Made by a program: the position numbers and the translations under genes. The notes under the pieces are model-generated. The model had not been told where the DNA came from. It saw nothing but the letters and a program-made list of their open reading frames with translations, and ran no database searches. Below, in pieces: positions 20,398-29,811 of a stretch of 64,000 nt of DNA. This stretch comes from a virus, in the IMG/VR virus record IMGVR_UViG_3300023174_000075, positions 60,428 through 124,427 of that record. One strand, written 5' to 3'. Each line of letters begins with the position of its first letter. The first letter of the stretch is position 1.

Positions 20398-21048
20398 CTA
20401 GCCGCATTTTGGTCTACCACGCTTACCACCTGATCTAGCTGATCGAGCAACCGTCTCTCTGGCCCTAGCATCTATCGTGGCTTGGTCCAGTGGACGTCTA
20501 CCGCGCTTACCACCTGTAGGTGCTTTCGGTGTCTTTGGTGTCGACACCGTACTCTTCGGACGCCCACGCTTACCGCCGGACTTCTCCGCTCGCGTCACTT
20601 TATCCGTCTCACGTTGCGCTTTAAGTGCTGGGTCCATCGCCGGACGTCCCCTACGAGCACCCTCCACGCGCGCGGCCTTAACCTTCTCATCACGCTCAAT
20701 ACTCCTCACACGAGCCTTCTCATCGCGTTCCTCCTTACGCTCCATCAGATCGAGTGCTTGACGGTGCTTGACAACCGCTGGGTGAACGATTACTTGATCC
20801 AGCTCATAATATCTGCGGCTGCCGCCCTCAGCCGATATCTCAAAACCACCGTTTGGAAAAAAACGACTCTCACCTGGTTCATGACGCTTGATCATTTCAA
20901 AACGTCCACCGCGCTCAAAAAAGAACGGTGCTGGTAATACCCTCACTCCGGACTCGTACGCCTGGAGTACTGGATCGATGTCTGTATAAAAAGGTATGGT
21001 ACCAATCTTATGACCACCCACTATAAAATCCCGTTCTGCTAATTGCAT
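20398..21048 (-). CDS. protein with N-terminal globular domain and C-terminal AT-hook repeats
   Basis: RRGRP, KRGRPK, KRGRRP, KRGRPK; start moved to ATG 21048. Confidence 0.75.
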   Translation of the reverse strand: MQLAERDFIVGGHKIGTIPFYTDIDPVLQAYESGVRVLPAPFFFERGGRFEMIKRHEPGESRFFPNGGFEISAEGGSRRYYELDQVIVHPAVVKHRQALDLMERKEERDEKARVRSIERDEKVKAARVEGARRGRPAMDPALKAQRETDKVTRAEKSGGKRGRPKSTVSTPKTPKAPTGGKRGRRPLDQATIDARARETVARSARSGGKRGRPKCG

Positions 21049-21132
21049 ATAATATGTTTTGGTTGATATGAAGATACGAATGGGGCTGTGCCTAAGCACA
21101 CCCCCGATTCATCATTAACCAAAAAACTATCT

Positions 21133-21372
21133 TTATTCGTCGCCGTATCCAATTGGGTTCACTGGAACGAAGTGCGACGCAAATTTCTTCTTACTAACGG
21201 CTTTACCGTAACCTCTTCTATTGATTGAATGCATGTAATAAAAATCCCTCCACTCACTCATCATGTAGTAACGCTGTCCACGACGTACCCTACTACCCAT
21301 ATGATCAGTAAATCCAATATAACATTCGTACGTAACACCTGATTGTGCTTTAATAACAAAATTTTTACTCAT
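21133..21372 (-). CDS. hypothetical basic protein
   Basis: 79 aa; own promoter motif. Confidence 0.65.
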   Translation of the reverse strand: MSKNFVIKAQSGVTYECYIGFTDHMGSRVRRGQRYYMMSEWRDFYYMHSINRRGYGKAVSKKKFASHFVPVNPIGYGDE

Positions 21373-21425
21373 TTTAATTGTTTTTGGTTAACATAAATTT
21401 AATACAATTGTTGTGCCAAATAAAA

Positions 21426-21641
21426 TTAATCTTTAAATAAATCTTTCAAACTACCTTTTATTTTACCTGCAACAATAGTAATGGCTAGTGCTATAAAAAA
21501 CGCTTTCACTATCACCCATAAAAAACCAAATATTGTATTTCTCAGTAAAAAAGCTACAACACAAAAAACTACAAACAAAATTAAATAAACAATTGATATT
21601 GGATCAACTGGATCTATTGGTGTGTCTAAGTATAAAAACAT
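21426..21641 (-). CDS. small membrane protein
   Basis: Two hydrophobic helices; own promoter motif. Confidence 0.65.
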   Translation of the reverse strand: MFLYLDTPIDPVDPISIVYLILFVVFCVVAFLLRNTIFGFLWVIVKAFFIALAITIVAGKIKGSLKDLFKD

Positions 21642-22098
21642 AACTAATTGTTTTTGGTTGACGTAAATATAACAACAAAACTTTGCCCAACAAATCGTAT
21701 ATACTTTTTGTAGTAAAAAATAGGTGTGGTTGGGTACAATGAAAGTGGATTGAACACATCATCACATGTCACCCACTCATAACCCGTTCCACATACAATA
21801 CACGTTATGCTCCGACCTAATCAATAAAAAAAGAACTACAATTACACATTACTCTTGTTTGTCACACATTATGTTACAAAAACGTGTGAAAAAAACGCGT
21901 TATCTGTTGCGTAAAAGCGCGTTACTTCGCATTACTCTTCTATCGCAATCAACACTACGCTTGTAAAAAACGCCAAATAAACCGATGCCTTCATCCACCA
22001 CTCAGCCTCACCTACACACATACCCCAATATATTATCCCCCATATACCTGTCGTTGCTATTAATTTTAGCCATTTCTTCTTATTCATATATCTATTAT

Positions 22099-22467
22099 TT
22101 ATATTTTATTTTTACCGAACACATTATGATCCTGTGCCTCGTCGTTCGCTGAGTTATTATTATTCTGAGTATCTATTACCCTATATTCCCCATTCACTAT
22201 CCTATCATCTTCTGTAAATCCTGCTCCGTCATATTCAGGTTCATCACTATCCACATTCCATTCATCCACTGTTACATCAAACCCCCATTCATCATCTTCC
22301 TCACTTATTTTATTCAGTTCATATTCATCAATAATTTCCCTACATATACCAACTAAGCGATCTCTATATCCTTTTTCTCTACCATCTAATCTATCATTCA
22401 TAGCGTCTAAACAATCAAGTAAATCACGGTATGTGTTTTCGAATCTGCAGTAAGACATGTTTGCCAT
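22099..22467 (-). CDS. hypothetical acidic protein
   Basis: 122 aa; MANMSYCRFENT N-terminus. Confidence 0.7.
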   Translation of the reverse strand: MANMSYCRFENTYRDLLDCLDAMNDRLDGREKGYRDRLVGICREIIDEYELNKISEEDDEWGFDVTVDEWNVDSDEPEYDGAGFTEDDRIVNGEYRVIDTQNNNNSANDEAQDHNVFGKNKI

Positions 22468-22534
22468 TTTTATGTTTGTTTAATTGGTTAAATAATTTAT
22501 TATGTAGTGAATATACGACTATTACTTTGCCAAT

Positions 22535-22834
22535 CTAGCGTTCATATGCTTCATATATCTCTCTCTTAGCCTGTTCTGTTATTGCTTTACTCATTCCACC
22601 TATATGAAACTCAATTATTTCATGTTCATGTAGTATTCTATATTCTTTCCAACTATACACAGTGAACACATTACCATCACTTGTCTCCATTTCCCACTCA
22701 TAATTAACCTTATCCATACCTGTATTATCAACACATACTGGTTCTCCTAATAACTTATTTAATGTGTGAATTGTAGTACCGATTGTTGTGTCGTGAAATG
22801 ATGTACCGCCTGTTGATTTGTTTGTTTTACGCAT
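22535..22834 (-). CDS. hypothetical protein
   Basis: 99 aa; LGEP...DKVNYEW....VFTVY.WK...FHIGG. Confidence 0.7.
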   Translation of the reverse strand: MRKTNKSTGGTSFHDTTIGTTIHTLNKLLGEPVCVDNTGMDKVNYEWEMETSDGNVFTVYSWKEYRILHEHEIIEFHIGGMSKAITEQAKREIYEAYER

Positions 22835-22869
22835 GTTTTAATTTTTTGGTTAATGTGAATATATGAACA

Positions 22870-23070
22870 CTACTCTGCCACTTCAATCTCTACTGATTCA
22901 AGTATTTCTACAGCAACAAATTTGCCGTTATTTGCTACAATCCCATCGTATATAGCTTTTGCTTTATTCCGATCAAATTCTAAGCTATTAGTAACAAATT
23001 TACCATCAACTTGGGTAAAATAGGTTGTTAAGCGATTTGCGTTTATTTCTTTAACGAATTCAATTTTCAT
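22870..23070 (-). CDS. hypothetical early protein
   Basis: ORF with own promoter motif. Confidence 0.65.
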   Translation of the reverse strand: MKIEFVKEINANRLTTYFTQVDGKFVTNSLEFDRNKAKAIYDGIVANNGKFVAVEILESVEIEVAE

Positions 23071-23107
23071 AATTATTTATTTTTTGGTTAACGTAAATTT
23101 ACGATTA

Positions 23108-23377
23108 TTACTTTACCTCTTTCACTCTAAATGGAGCTGGTTTTTTCCATACTTTCCCCATTTCATCATAGGTAGTATATGTTGACTCATGTGTATTCTT
23201 ATTATAATACGGCTTTTGGTAACATATATTTGAGTATATGATATTTTTCTTATTTAATGAATTCCTCCATATAGCAAGTACTTCCGTTAATGTTTCACAT
23301 TCAACTATTAACTTATCTTTTTTGTTAATTGAATCGTTAATACGTGTCATTACTGCGTAGAATCTCTTATTTTTCAT
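23108..23377 (-). CDS. hypothetical early protein
   Basis: ORF with own promoter motif. Confidence 0.65.
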   Translation of the reverse strand: MKNKRFYAVMTRINDSINKKDKLIVECETLTEVLAIWRNSLNKKNIIYSNICYQKPYYNKNTHESTYTTYDEMGKVWKKPAPFRVKEVK

Positions 23378-23411
23378 GTTTGTATTTTTGGTTAACGTGA
23401 ATATACGATCA

Positions 23412-23687
23412 TTACTTTGCCAATGTTACTAAAGCAATTGGTACATTAAGTGAATTACCATATTGGCTTCTAACTGTGGCTCGTTTGCGTCTGATTTCTG
23501 TAATGGTGAATATTACTCCTTGTGTTCTGGTATGATTGACTGTTACTTTGGAGCCGACCTTAATTTGGTCCTTAATATCTTCAATTTTTTCGTTTTGCCT
23601 ACCCCTAAGAATACCAACAATCATATTGTTCATTGCTCGTAGATCTTCGGTACTCATTGCGGTGTAATCGCTCATTTTTAATTTCAT
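23412..23687 (-). CDS. hypothetical protein with KOW/SH3-like C-terminus
   Basis: IKVGSKVTV...ITEIRRKRATV...VP. Confidence 0.6.
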   Translation of the reverse strand: MKLKMSDYTAMSTEDLRAMNNMIVGILRGRQNEKIEDIKDQIKVGSKVTVNHTRTQGVIFTITEIRRKRATVRSQYGNSLNVPIALVTLAK

Positions 23688-23714
23688 AACTATTAATTTT
23701 TGGTTAACGTGAAT

Positions 23715-23951
23715 TTACGACTTGAGTTTTGCCTCCAAGTACATGTCATCAAAATTTTCCCATTTATTATCAACTAATACTAATACTTTATCACCTGTTT
23801 CTTCCTTAGCAATCATTGTAAAACCAAATCCTTCACATATATATGCTACTCCATATCCTGGTGTTAGTTTAGCCCATTCTTCATATACATCAAAGTCACC
23901 ATCAAAGCCCATATCATTTACGTTACAATATTGTTTACTGAAATCTGCCAT
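23715..23951 (-). CDS. hypothetical early protein
   Basis: MADFSKQYC...ICEGFG; own promoter motif. Confidence 0.65.
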   Translation of the reverse strand: MADFSKQYCNVNDMGFDGDFDVYEEWAKLTPGYGVAYICEGFGFTMIAKEETGDKVLVLVDNKWENFDDMYLEAKLKS

Positions 23952-23999
23952 AATTATTTTATTTTTGGTTAGTGGAAATATACGTAGGAAGCAGTGCCG

Positions 24000-24317
24000 T
24001 TAGGCATCTGCTTTATTATTTTCAATATAATTTTCTAATGCATCCCTAACTGCTGCTTTAATTTTACCTTCATTTAGATCAATACTGTCTAATTCAACTT
24101 CTCTGTAACTCATACTTAATTCATAATCATCTACTATATCTGTTCCTTCACTAGATAATGCTTCTGATATATCTTCACTTAATGTTTTAACCATTTCATC
24201 TGATATTTCAAATGAACCTGATTCTTCAATGTCAGTAATCATTTTAATAACTTGTTCTACTGAATAGAATCCTGGTAATTGTTTTCCTAATAAGTCAATT
24301 GTTTCTTGCTTTGTCAT
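24000..24317 (-). CDS. hypothetical acidic protein
   Basis: 105 aa; own promoter motif. Confidence 0.65.
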   Translation of the reverse strand: MTKQETIDLLGKQLPGFYSVEQVIKMITDIEESGSFEISDEMVKTLSEDISEALSSEGTDIVDDYELSMSYREVELDSIDLNEGKIKAAVRDALENYIENNKADA

Positions 24318-24370
24318 GATTTTTTTATTTTTGATTTAATTAATAATTGTATAACGTGAATGTACGAACA

Positions 24371-24661
24371 CTATTTTGCCGTCAACATTTCTTTTACCTT
24401 AACAAAATAATCTTCTATTTCCTTAACAAATTCAAGTGCACGGGATTTAGTTTTTGCATATGCAAAGAACTGGCAGTATTCGCTATCGAAATCTATTCCT
24501 TTGCAGTTAATTTTTGCTTGAATAAATTCTTCTACTTCATATGCACCATCAAATTCTTTCATTGTTTCTGATTTGAGTAGTTTACCTGTAATGGTGAATT
24601 GATCATCCCAGTCATATTTTTCGACTGATAATCCAAGTGGTGATTTGTAAATGCTTTGCAT
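24371..24661 (-). CDS. hypothetical early protein
   Basis: 96 aa; own promoter motif. Confidence 0.65.
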   Translation of the reverse strand: MQSIYKSPLGLSVEKYDWDDQFTITGKLLKSETMKEFDGAYEVEEFIQAKINCKGIDFDSEYCQFFAYAKTKSRALEFVKEIEDYFVKVKEMLTAK

Positions 24662-24697
24662 AACTAATTATTTTTGGTTAATGTGAATATATGAATA

Positions 24698-24898
24698 CTA
24701 CTGTGCCTTCCAATCGCCATCTTCATCCATCCATTCAGACCAATCATTGAGAATGGCTTCATCTGTTATACCAACATAATCTTCAAATGAACTATAAGCT
24801 AATATACAATCAATGTAATTATCAATATAACCAATTGGTATATCACCTTCTGCTGTTAATACATCTCTAATGCGTTGTTCTATTTGTTCTTGTGTCAT
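24698..24898 (-). CDS. hypothetical acidic protein
   Basis: 66 aa; own promoter motif. Confidence 0.6.
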   Translation of the reverse strand: MTQEQIEQRIRDVLTAEGDIPIGYIDNYIDCILAYSSFEDYVGITDEAILNDWSEWMDEDGDWKAQ

Positions 24899-24939
24899 AA
24901 TTATTTATTTATGTAGTGAATGTAGGAAAGAAGTAGTGC

Positions 24940-25380
24940 CTAATAAACTCGTTTCCAATTCAAATCAATACCTGTTTTTATTCTATGACAATTACAGCAT
25001 CGTATTTCACATTTTCTTATTTCTTCCTTTATTGCCTGGATAGATGCAGTATGACCACACATGATTTTTACTCCTCTCTTTTTCTTTCCACGTACATGAT
25101 CAAATTCTAATACCCTAATATCTTTATGTCCACAATCGGTACACTCCCCAAATCTCCTAAGGTATCGTTTTACGAATTCGAAATTTCTATCCTTGATTAA
25201 TTCATTATTAACCATGTTTCTCTTAATTACATGGTCCTTTTTTTCAGCGTATCTTACTTTAATTTTTTTAATAACGCATTCCTTACAATAATGTTGATAA
25301 CCTGTTTTGTTTGATGATTGTTTGTGAAATTGGGTTATGTCTAATTCTTTAGAGCAAGCACCACATACTTTTGTTTCCAT
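24940..25380 (-). CDS. free-standing HNH-type endonuclease with N-terminal zinc finger
   Basis: CxxC...CKEC, then CTDCG...LEFDHV...CEIRCCNCHR. Confidence 0.8.
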   Translation of the reverse strand: METKVCGACSKELDITQFHKQSSNKTGYQHYCKECVIKKIKVRYAEKKDHVIKRNMVNNELIKDRNFEFVKRYLRRFGECTDCGHKDIRVLEFDHVRGKKKRGVKIMCGHTASIQAIKEEIRKCEIRCCNCHRIKTGIDLNWKRVY

Positions 25381-25421
25381 ATTTTATCCATTTCCAATAA
25401 ATATGGGAGAGATGAAGAGAA

Positions 25422-26234
25422 TTATATCTCTTCAACCTCTTCTCTAAGAACACCATACGAAATACTTCCATTCTCTAATTGGTAACCAAACTTAACTCCA
25501 ACATTACCATTACGATTCTTTTCAAACATAATATATGTTCCACCTCCATCACGTTCACTTTCACGACGCATAACACCCATAGCATCAAACAAATGCTTCA
25601 ATTTATTACTACCTACGAATTCGCCTTGTTTAGTTACTTGCTGAATGGCTAGAAACGATGTATATTTTCTTTCTGTGTTCTCACCCTTGTTATGCTTAAC
25701 ACATATATCAACAAACCATGCTTCAGCGGTTTTTCTATCCCAACCATTATCATCACGTACACCATCAATAATTTCAGCAGCACTATCAATTAGAATCAAA
25801 TCCCATCCTTGTGCTAATACTTGTTCAAACACATCTTTAGTATTATACTCAAGATAATCCGCCATGAATAATGTCTTAACAAATCCGAATTGTGGGAAGC
25901 GTTCTGTGTATTTGAACATTTGCTTACGTCCCATTTCACCACTAATAAACAAACACTTACGTTGTTTATTATGATTCTGGACCATAGCTAACACATCAAG
26001 TAATACTGTAGTTTTACCTACACCAGGATCTCCAATCATCATATAATTTGATGCACATGGAATACCTCCTTCCTCACTGAATAACTGATTAATAACTTCG
26101 CTTTCTGTCTCCATTGATTCAAGCATTCGCCTATCAATGTTTAATTGATTTAGCATTGTAATTTGTCCGAAATCAATCAATGACGGAACATGAACTACAT
26201 TTTGCACTTTGGCTGGTCTGCCTCTTTTTTTCAT
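25422..26234 (-). CDS. RadA/Sms-like (RecA-fold) ATPase with N-terminal AT-hook
   Basis: GDPGVGKT Walker A, ISGEM, LILIDS Walker B, QVTKQGEFVGSNKLKHLFD, KNR.G; N-terminal KKRGRPAK. Confidence 0.8.
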   Translation of the reverse strand: MKKRGRPAKVQNVVHVPSLIDFGQITMLNQLNIDRRMLESMETESEVINQLFSEEGGIPCASNYMMIGDPGVGKTTVLLDVLAMVQNHNKQRKCLFISGEMGRKQMFKYTERFPQFGFVKTLFMADYLEYNTKDVFEQVLAQGWDLILIDSAAEIIDGVRDDNGWDRKTAEAWFVDICVKHNKGENTERKYTSFLAIQQVTKQGEFVGSNKLKHLFDAMGVMRRESERDGGGTYIMFEKNRNGNVGVKFGYQLENGSISYGVLREEVEEI

Positions 26235-26281
26235 AACTTATTATTTTTTGGTTAACGTGAATATACGATTGTTATTTTGCC

Positions 26282-26470
26282 CTACACATTTTCTTCTAGG
26301 TAAGTAATTATGGCTGTTTCTAAATCACCCTTAACTACTTCACCACTTTCATCATACACATCATATTGTGTGTAACCTAAACTAACACTATCTTCTAGCA
26401 TTGTAACGCTATACATTTCTTCGTTATACTCAACATCGTATGTTGTTTCTTTTTGTATTAATTGTACCAT
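26282..26470 (-). CDS. hypothetical acidic protein
   Basis: 62 aa ORF. Confidence 0.6.
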   Translation of the reverse strand: MVQLIQKETTYDVEYNEEMYSVTMLEDSVSLGYTQYDVYDESGEVVKGDLETAIITYLEENV

Positions 26471-26542
26471 AACTTTTTATTTGAAATAAAGATAGGTAAA
26501 GCATTTTGCCTTACCCATCATTATAACCAAAAATCGAAATCA

Positions 26543-26710
26543 TTATTTAACCCATTCATCCATAGCCACTTGCATTGCTTGTGCTGGAGTAATGGCATCA
26601 TCTTCTCTCATTGTTTTAAGAGCTTCATAAATTACTTCTACTTCTAGACCATGTTCCATTGCTTCGTCTAATAGAACACTTATTACTTTCATGTCTGTTT
26701 GTGCGCTCAT
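26543..26710 (-). CDS. hypothetical protein (55 aa)
   Basis: Hand translation MSAQTDMKVISVLLDEAMEHGLEVEVIYEALKTM...EWVK. Confidence 0.6.
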   Translation of the reverse strand: MSAQTDMKVISVLLDEAMEHGLEVEVIYEALKTMREDDAITPAQAMQVAMDEWVK

Positions 26711-26742
26711 TTTATTTTATTTTTACTCATAAATATAATATA

Positions 26743-27021
26743 TTATGCTTTCCCTACAGGTCCTGTATAGTATAGTTTACCTGCATTTAATTTGGGATCT
26801 TGTTCAACTAGATATTTAAGTATTTCTATATGTTGCAAAATCATTTCATCATGTTGTGATTTATATCTCATCAACTCAATTATTTCTTTATTTTGTTGAT
26901 GTTGTTCTTTATCTATTAGTGATAATTGTTTATTTAGAGTTCCAATCATACTACTCAACATTATTACAAAAAGAAATAATATCGCTACAACAAAACTCAG
27001 TATTACTATTGCTATTACCAT
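26743..27021 (-). CDS. membrane-anchored protein
   Basis: N-terminal TM helix. Confidence 0.6.
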   Translation of the reverse strand: MVIAIVILSFVVAILFLFVIMLSSMIGTLNKQLSLIDKEQHQQNKEIIELMRYKSQHDEMILQHIEILKYLVEQDPKLNAGKLYYTGPVGKA

Positions 27022-27200
27022 GTTTGATTTTTATCGTTTTGTTTTTTCTTTATTTCAATCCATCTTAATTGATCTTCTAATGTAACAAGTTCATTGAATT
27101 GTCTTTCCATTAGTGGTTTTTCCTTTTTCTTTTTAAAAAAATTCCTATCTACCCGTTTGTCTGCTTTTGATTGTGCATCGTCCTTAGTTTGGATTGCCAT
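27015..27200 (-). CDS. hypothetical basic protein
   Basis: 61 aa ORF. Confidence 0.55.
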   Translation of the reverse strand: MAIQTKDDAQSKADKRVDRNFFKKKKEKPLMERQFNELVTLEDQLRWIEIKKKQNDKNQTW

Positions 27201-27222
27201 ATGTTATTTGGTTTAGTTTAAA

Positions 27223-27513
27223 TTATAAAGAATATTTTGCCCTCCAAAACTGCCACCACTTTTTCTTTTTAGGTGGTTGACAAGCCGAAAAGGGGTTGTG
27301 ACCAAATGATACTCTACCATAATATTTAGATGTTAGTATATTTAGAAACACTTCACGATATTGTTCAGGAATAGTTTCAAAATTAGCTATCATCTTAACT
27401 TCTAAATCATGTGATCCATTTTCAGTTAACAATGTTATTGTCTCATTTAATTCAACATTTGTAGATGTTTGTATTGTTAAATTATTACCACCACCTAAAA
27501 ATATTTCAGCCAT
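27223..27513 (-). CDS. hypothetical protein
   Basis: 96 aa; KKKKWWQFW C-terminus. Confidence 0.6.
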   Translation of the reverse strand: MAEIFLGGGNNLTIQTSTNVELNETITLLTENGSHDLEVKMIANFETIPEQYREVFLNILTSKYYGRVSFGHNPFSACQPPKKKKWWQFWRAKYSL

Positions 27514-27514
27514 A

Positions 27515-28072
27515 TTACGAATTTAAGTATAAACGATTGTGATTATATTCTGCTACAGCATTACCTTCAGCTAATATACCATAAGTATATTTTATATGCT
27601 CATACATTTCATCTAATGATCTTTCAGATACACTACCTAATTCTTTAGCAAAATAATCATTTGATTCTGTTACTATATCTTGTGGTGTACCTGGTAAACC
27701 ACAATAATTTGCTTCACCTACTTCTGATATAAACATTCCACTGTATAAACCTTTTAAATTATATGTTTCAACAAATTTATCTGCGTTGCACCAAATGAAT
27801 ATACATTCCTTATTTTGCAACAAAGGAACTGTAGAGTGACCAATAATCATTCCTTGCATTCCGAACTGTCCTATAGCAAATAATCCTTGTGGTGAACCAT
27901 GACCCATCATCATAATACGATCATGTTGTTCGATTTGTTCATCTACTTCATATTTACTTCCACTTCTAATGATTGTTACATCATTAAAATCAGGAAATGA
28001 TTTAAGATTCATGTAAATAGGGATTAAAAAATCCGTTGAACTGTCTTGTGGATGTATTACTAATGTTTTCAT
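27515..28072 (-). CDS. hypothetical protein, possible caspase/gingipain-fold peptidase
   Basis: IMMMGHGSP and CIFIWCNA could form a His-Cys dyad. Confidence 0.45.
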   Translation of the reverse strand: MKTLVIHPQDSSTDFLIPIYMNLKSFPDFNDVTIIRSGSKYEVDEQIEQHDRIMMMGHGSPQGLFAIGQFGMQGMIIGHSTVPLLQNKECIFIWCNADKFVETYNLKGLYSGMFISEVGEANYCGLPGTPQDIVTESNDYFAKELGSVSERSLDEMYEHIKYTYGILAEGNAVAEYNHNRLYLNS

Positions 28073-28103
28073 AACCTTTTTATTTGAATTGAATATACAA
28101 TTG

Positions 28104-28436
28104 TTATTTTGCCAACTTATCTAAATCTTCTTTTAATCGTCTATGAAATGATTCCTCACTATCATCACAACTAACCAACCAATCAATACGTTGAGCATAT
28201 ACCTGAGCTTTTCTAAGTATATCTAAACCTTTCTTAAATTCCTCGATGACATCATCTGGGTATGCGTAGTGATTCAAATCTTCAGGATGCGTTTCATACC
28301 ATGAATTATCTCTGCCCCAACTATCTCGCAATTCTTCCTGCGTTTTGGGTTTACCGCTGTTGAGTATTATTTGCTCAACTTCATCAGCAATCATGCCGAT
28401 GTTATACTGTTTGTAGTCAAATGCTCCTCCGCTCAT
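28104..28436 (-). CDS. hypothetical phage protein
   Basis: MSGGAFDY...RIDWLVSCDDSEESF. Confidence 0.7.
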   Translation of the reverse strand: MSGGAFDYKQYNIGMIADEVEQIILNSGKPKTQEELRDSWGRDNSWYETHPEDLNHYAYPDDVIEEFKKGLDILRKAQVYAQRIDWLVSCDDSEESFHRRLKEDLDKLAK

Positions 28437-28666
28437 GGTATTTGGTTTATATATAATTGTTGATGATTAGATCTAGTTAATATATCTTTTACTTCAGTCC
28501 AAAACTCATATCCTCTATCTGCTCCCATATAACCTAATACTTCATCGCAGATACTAATAGCAATGTCCTTAGCTGTTATATAATTCTTTTCGTGTGATAA
28601 CTCAAAACACCATCTCATGTATGCTAGGGTATATAGCTCCTGTGCTTTATTCTGCGCTGTTATCAT
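28433..28666 (-). CDS. hypothetical protein
   Basis: 77 aa ORF. Confidence 0.6.
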   Translation of the reverse strand: MITAQNKAQELYTLAYMRWCFELSHEKNYITAKDIAISICDEVLGYMGADRGYEFWTEVKDILTRSNHQQLYINQIP

Positions 28667-29204
28667 TTTCTAATCTATTTAATTCTGCTTTTAAATTTTC
28701 AACACAATATCCTTTATCGTATTTAGTATTTGGATCTAATACCTTAATTTGATCAGCCAAATCTTCCCTAAGACCATCGTTATAAAACTTATGTTCAATA
28801 GCATCAGCTAGGTCTTGCATTTGATCAGTTCCATATACTGATATTCTTAGATCATACCAATCCCATTTAGTTTTATAGTCAGTGAGTTGAATACCTTTAG
28901 TTAAGCGTTGTTCTAAATTATATAATGTTCTATTTCTTACTCTAACAATTGAATTATCACTACCAAATAAATGTAAAAAACGTAATACCCACCTTGGACA
29001 CCATTTAGATTTAGCTTTATGGTCCATGAATATAACTAGTGGTTCCATTGCTTTGAATATATCTCCATCTTCATTCCAAGGTACTGAACCTAGATATCTA
29101 TATCTTTCATGGAAGTTTTTTGGGAAAAACACAGCACGGATATCATCTAATGTGATGTCTCTGGTGTGAATGTATTTACGTTTTTTACCTTTAAATATTA
29201 TCAT
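28647..29204 (-). CDS. hypothetical protein
   Basis: 185 aa ORF. Confidence 0.7.
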   Translation of the reverse strand: MIIFKGKKRKYIHTRDITLDDIRAVFFPKNFHERYRYLGSVPWNEDGDIFKAMEPLVIFMDHKAKSKWCPRWVLRFLHLFGSDNSIVRVRNRTLYNLEQRLTKGIQLTDYKTKWDWYDLRISVYGTDQMQDLADAIEHKFYNDGLREDLADQIKVLDPNTKYDKGYCVENLKAELNRLENDNSAE

Positions 29205-29234
29205 AATGTGAATGTACGATTATTATTTTGCCTA

Positions 29235-29522
29235 CTAGTAATTTTCATCACAATCATAACAATTATCTTCATATGATTCAAGTAATGAATCTAATTCATT
29301 TTCACATTTATCCGCAATGTGATATGATTTTCCTACCTCAAACATAATATCACTAATATTCTCTTCACCTTTTAAACCATCCAATGCGCGTCTAATATCC
29401 GCTAAATCAGATGAAATGTTTTTAAGTGTTTGTAATTGCTCATTAGTTAAAATGTTTGCTTTAGGAGTTGCTTTAATCATTTCCTGTAATTCTTGTACTG
29501 TTGTTTTTTTCTTTGTTGCCAT
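29235..29522 (-). CDS. hypothetical protein
   Basis: 95 aa ORF. Confidence 0.6.
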   Translation of the reverse strand: MATKKKTTVQELQEMIKATPKANILTNEQLQTLKNISSDLADIRRALDGLKGEENISDIMFEVGKSYHIADKCENELDSLLESYEDNCYDCDENY

Positions 29523-29523
29523 T

Positions 29524-29811
29524 TTATATTGTTTTATTTGTTTCTATTTTTAATCCGTAATTCATATCAAACATAGCCATTTGTCTACTAGCGTATGATT
29601 TAAGTAGGTGTTTTTGTTTCTTAAGATATTTGGTCCCCCATTCTCGCCATTCCTTATTTTGTTCTTCAGTCATTGTCCATTGCTGATACCAATTATCAGT
29701 TCGACCTTTAATATCTTCGAATGTAACGTTGTGACCTGCTATTTCAAACATTTTGTTGAGCATTGTTTCAACAATAATTTCGTCTTTACTTTTCTTCATT
29801 TTAATCGTCAT
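29524..29811 (-). CDS. hypothetical protein
   Basis: 95 aa ORF. Confidence 0.6.
   Translation of the reverse strand: MTIKMKKSKDEIIVETMLNKMFEIAGHNVTFEDIKGRTDNWYQQWTMTEEQNKEWREWGTKYLKKQKHLLKSYASRQMAMFDMNYGLKIETNKTI

Noticed and set aside
20477-20937. Plus-strand ORFs antisense to the AT-hook gene
   Set aside because: Expected by-product of GC-rich sequence with few stops; no plus-strand promoter motif or recognisable domain
18691-26281. CRISPR array or integron attC array suggested by the recurring ~35-bp repeat
   Set aside because: Intervals are 180-900 bp and contain whole ORFs; repeats are degenerate and lack attC R/L boxes; no cas1 or integron integrase in the window
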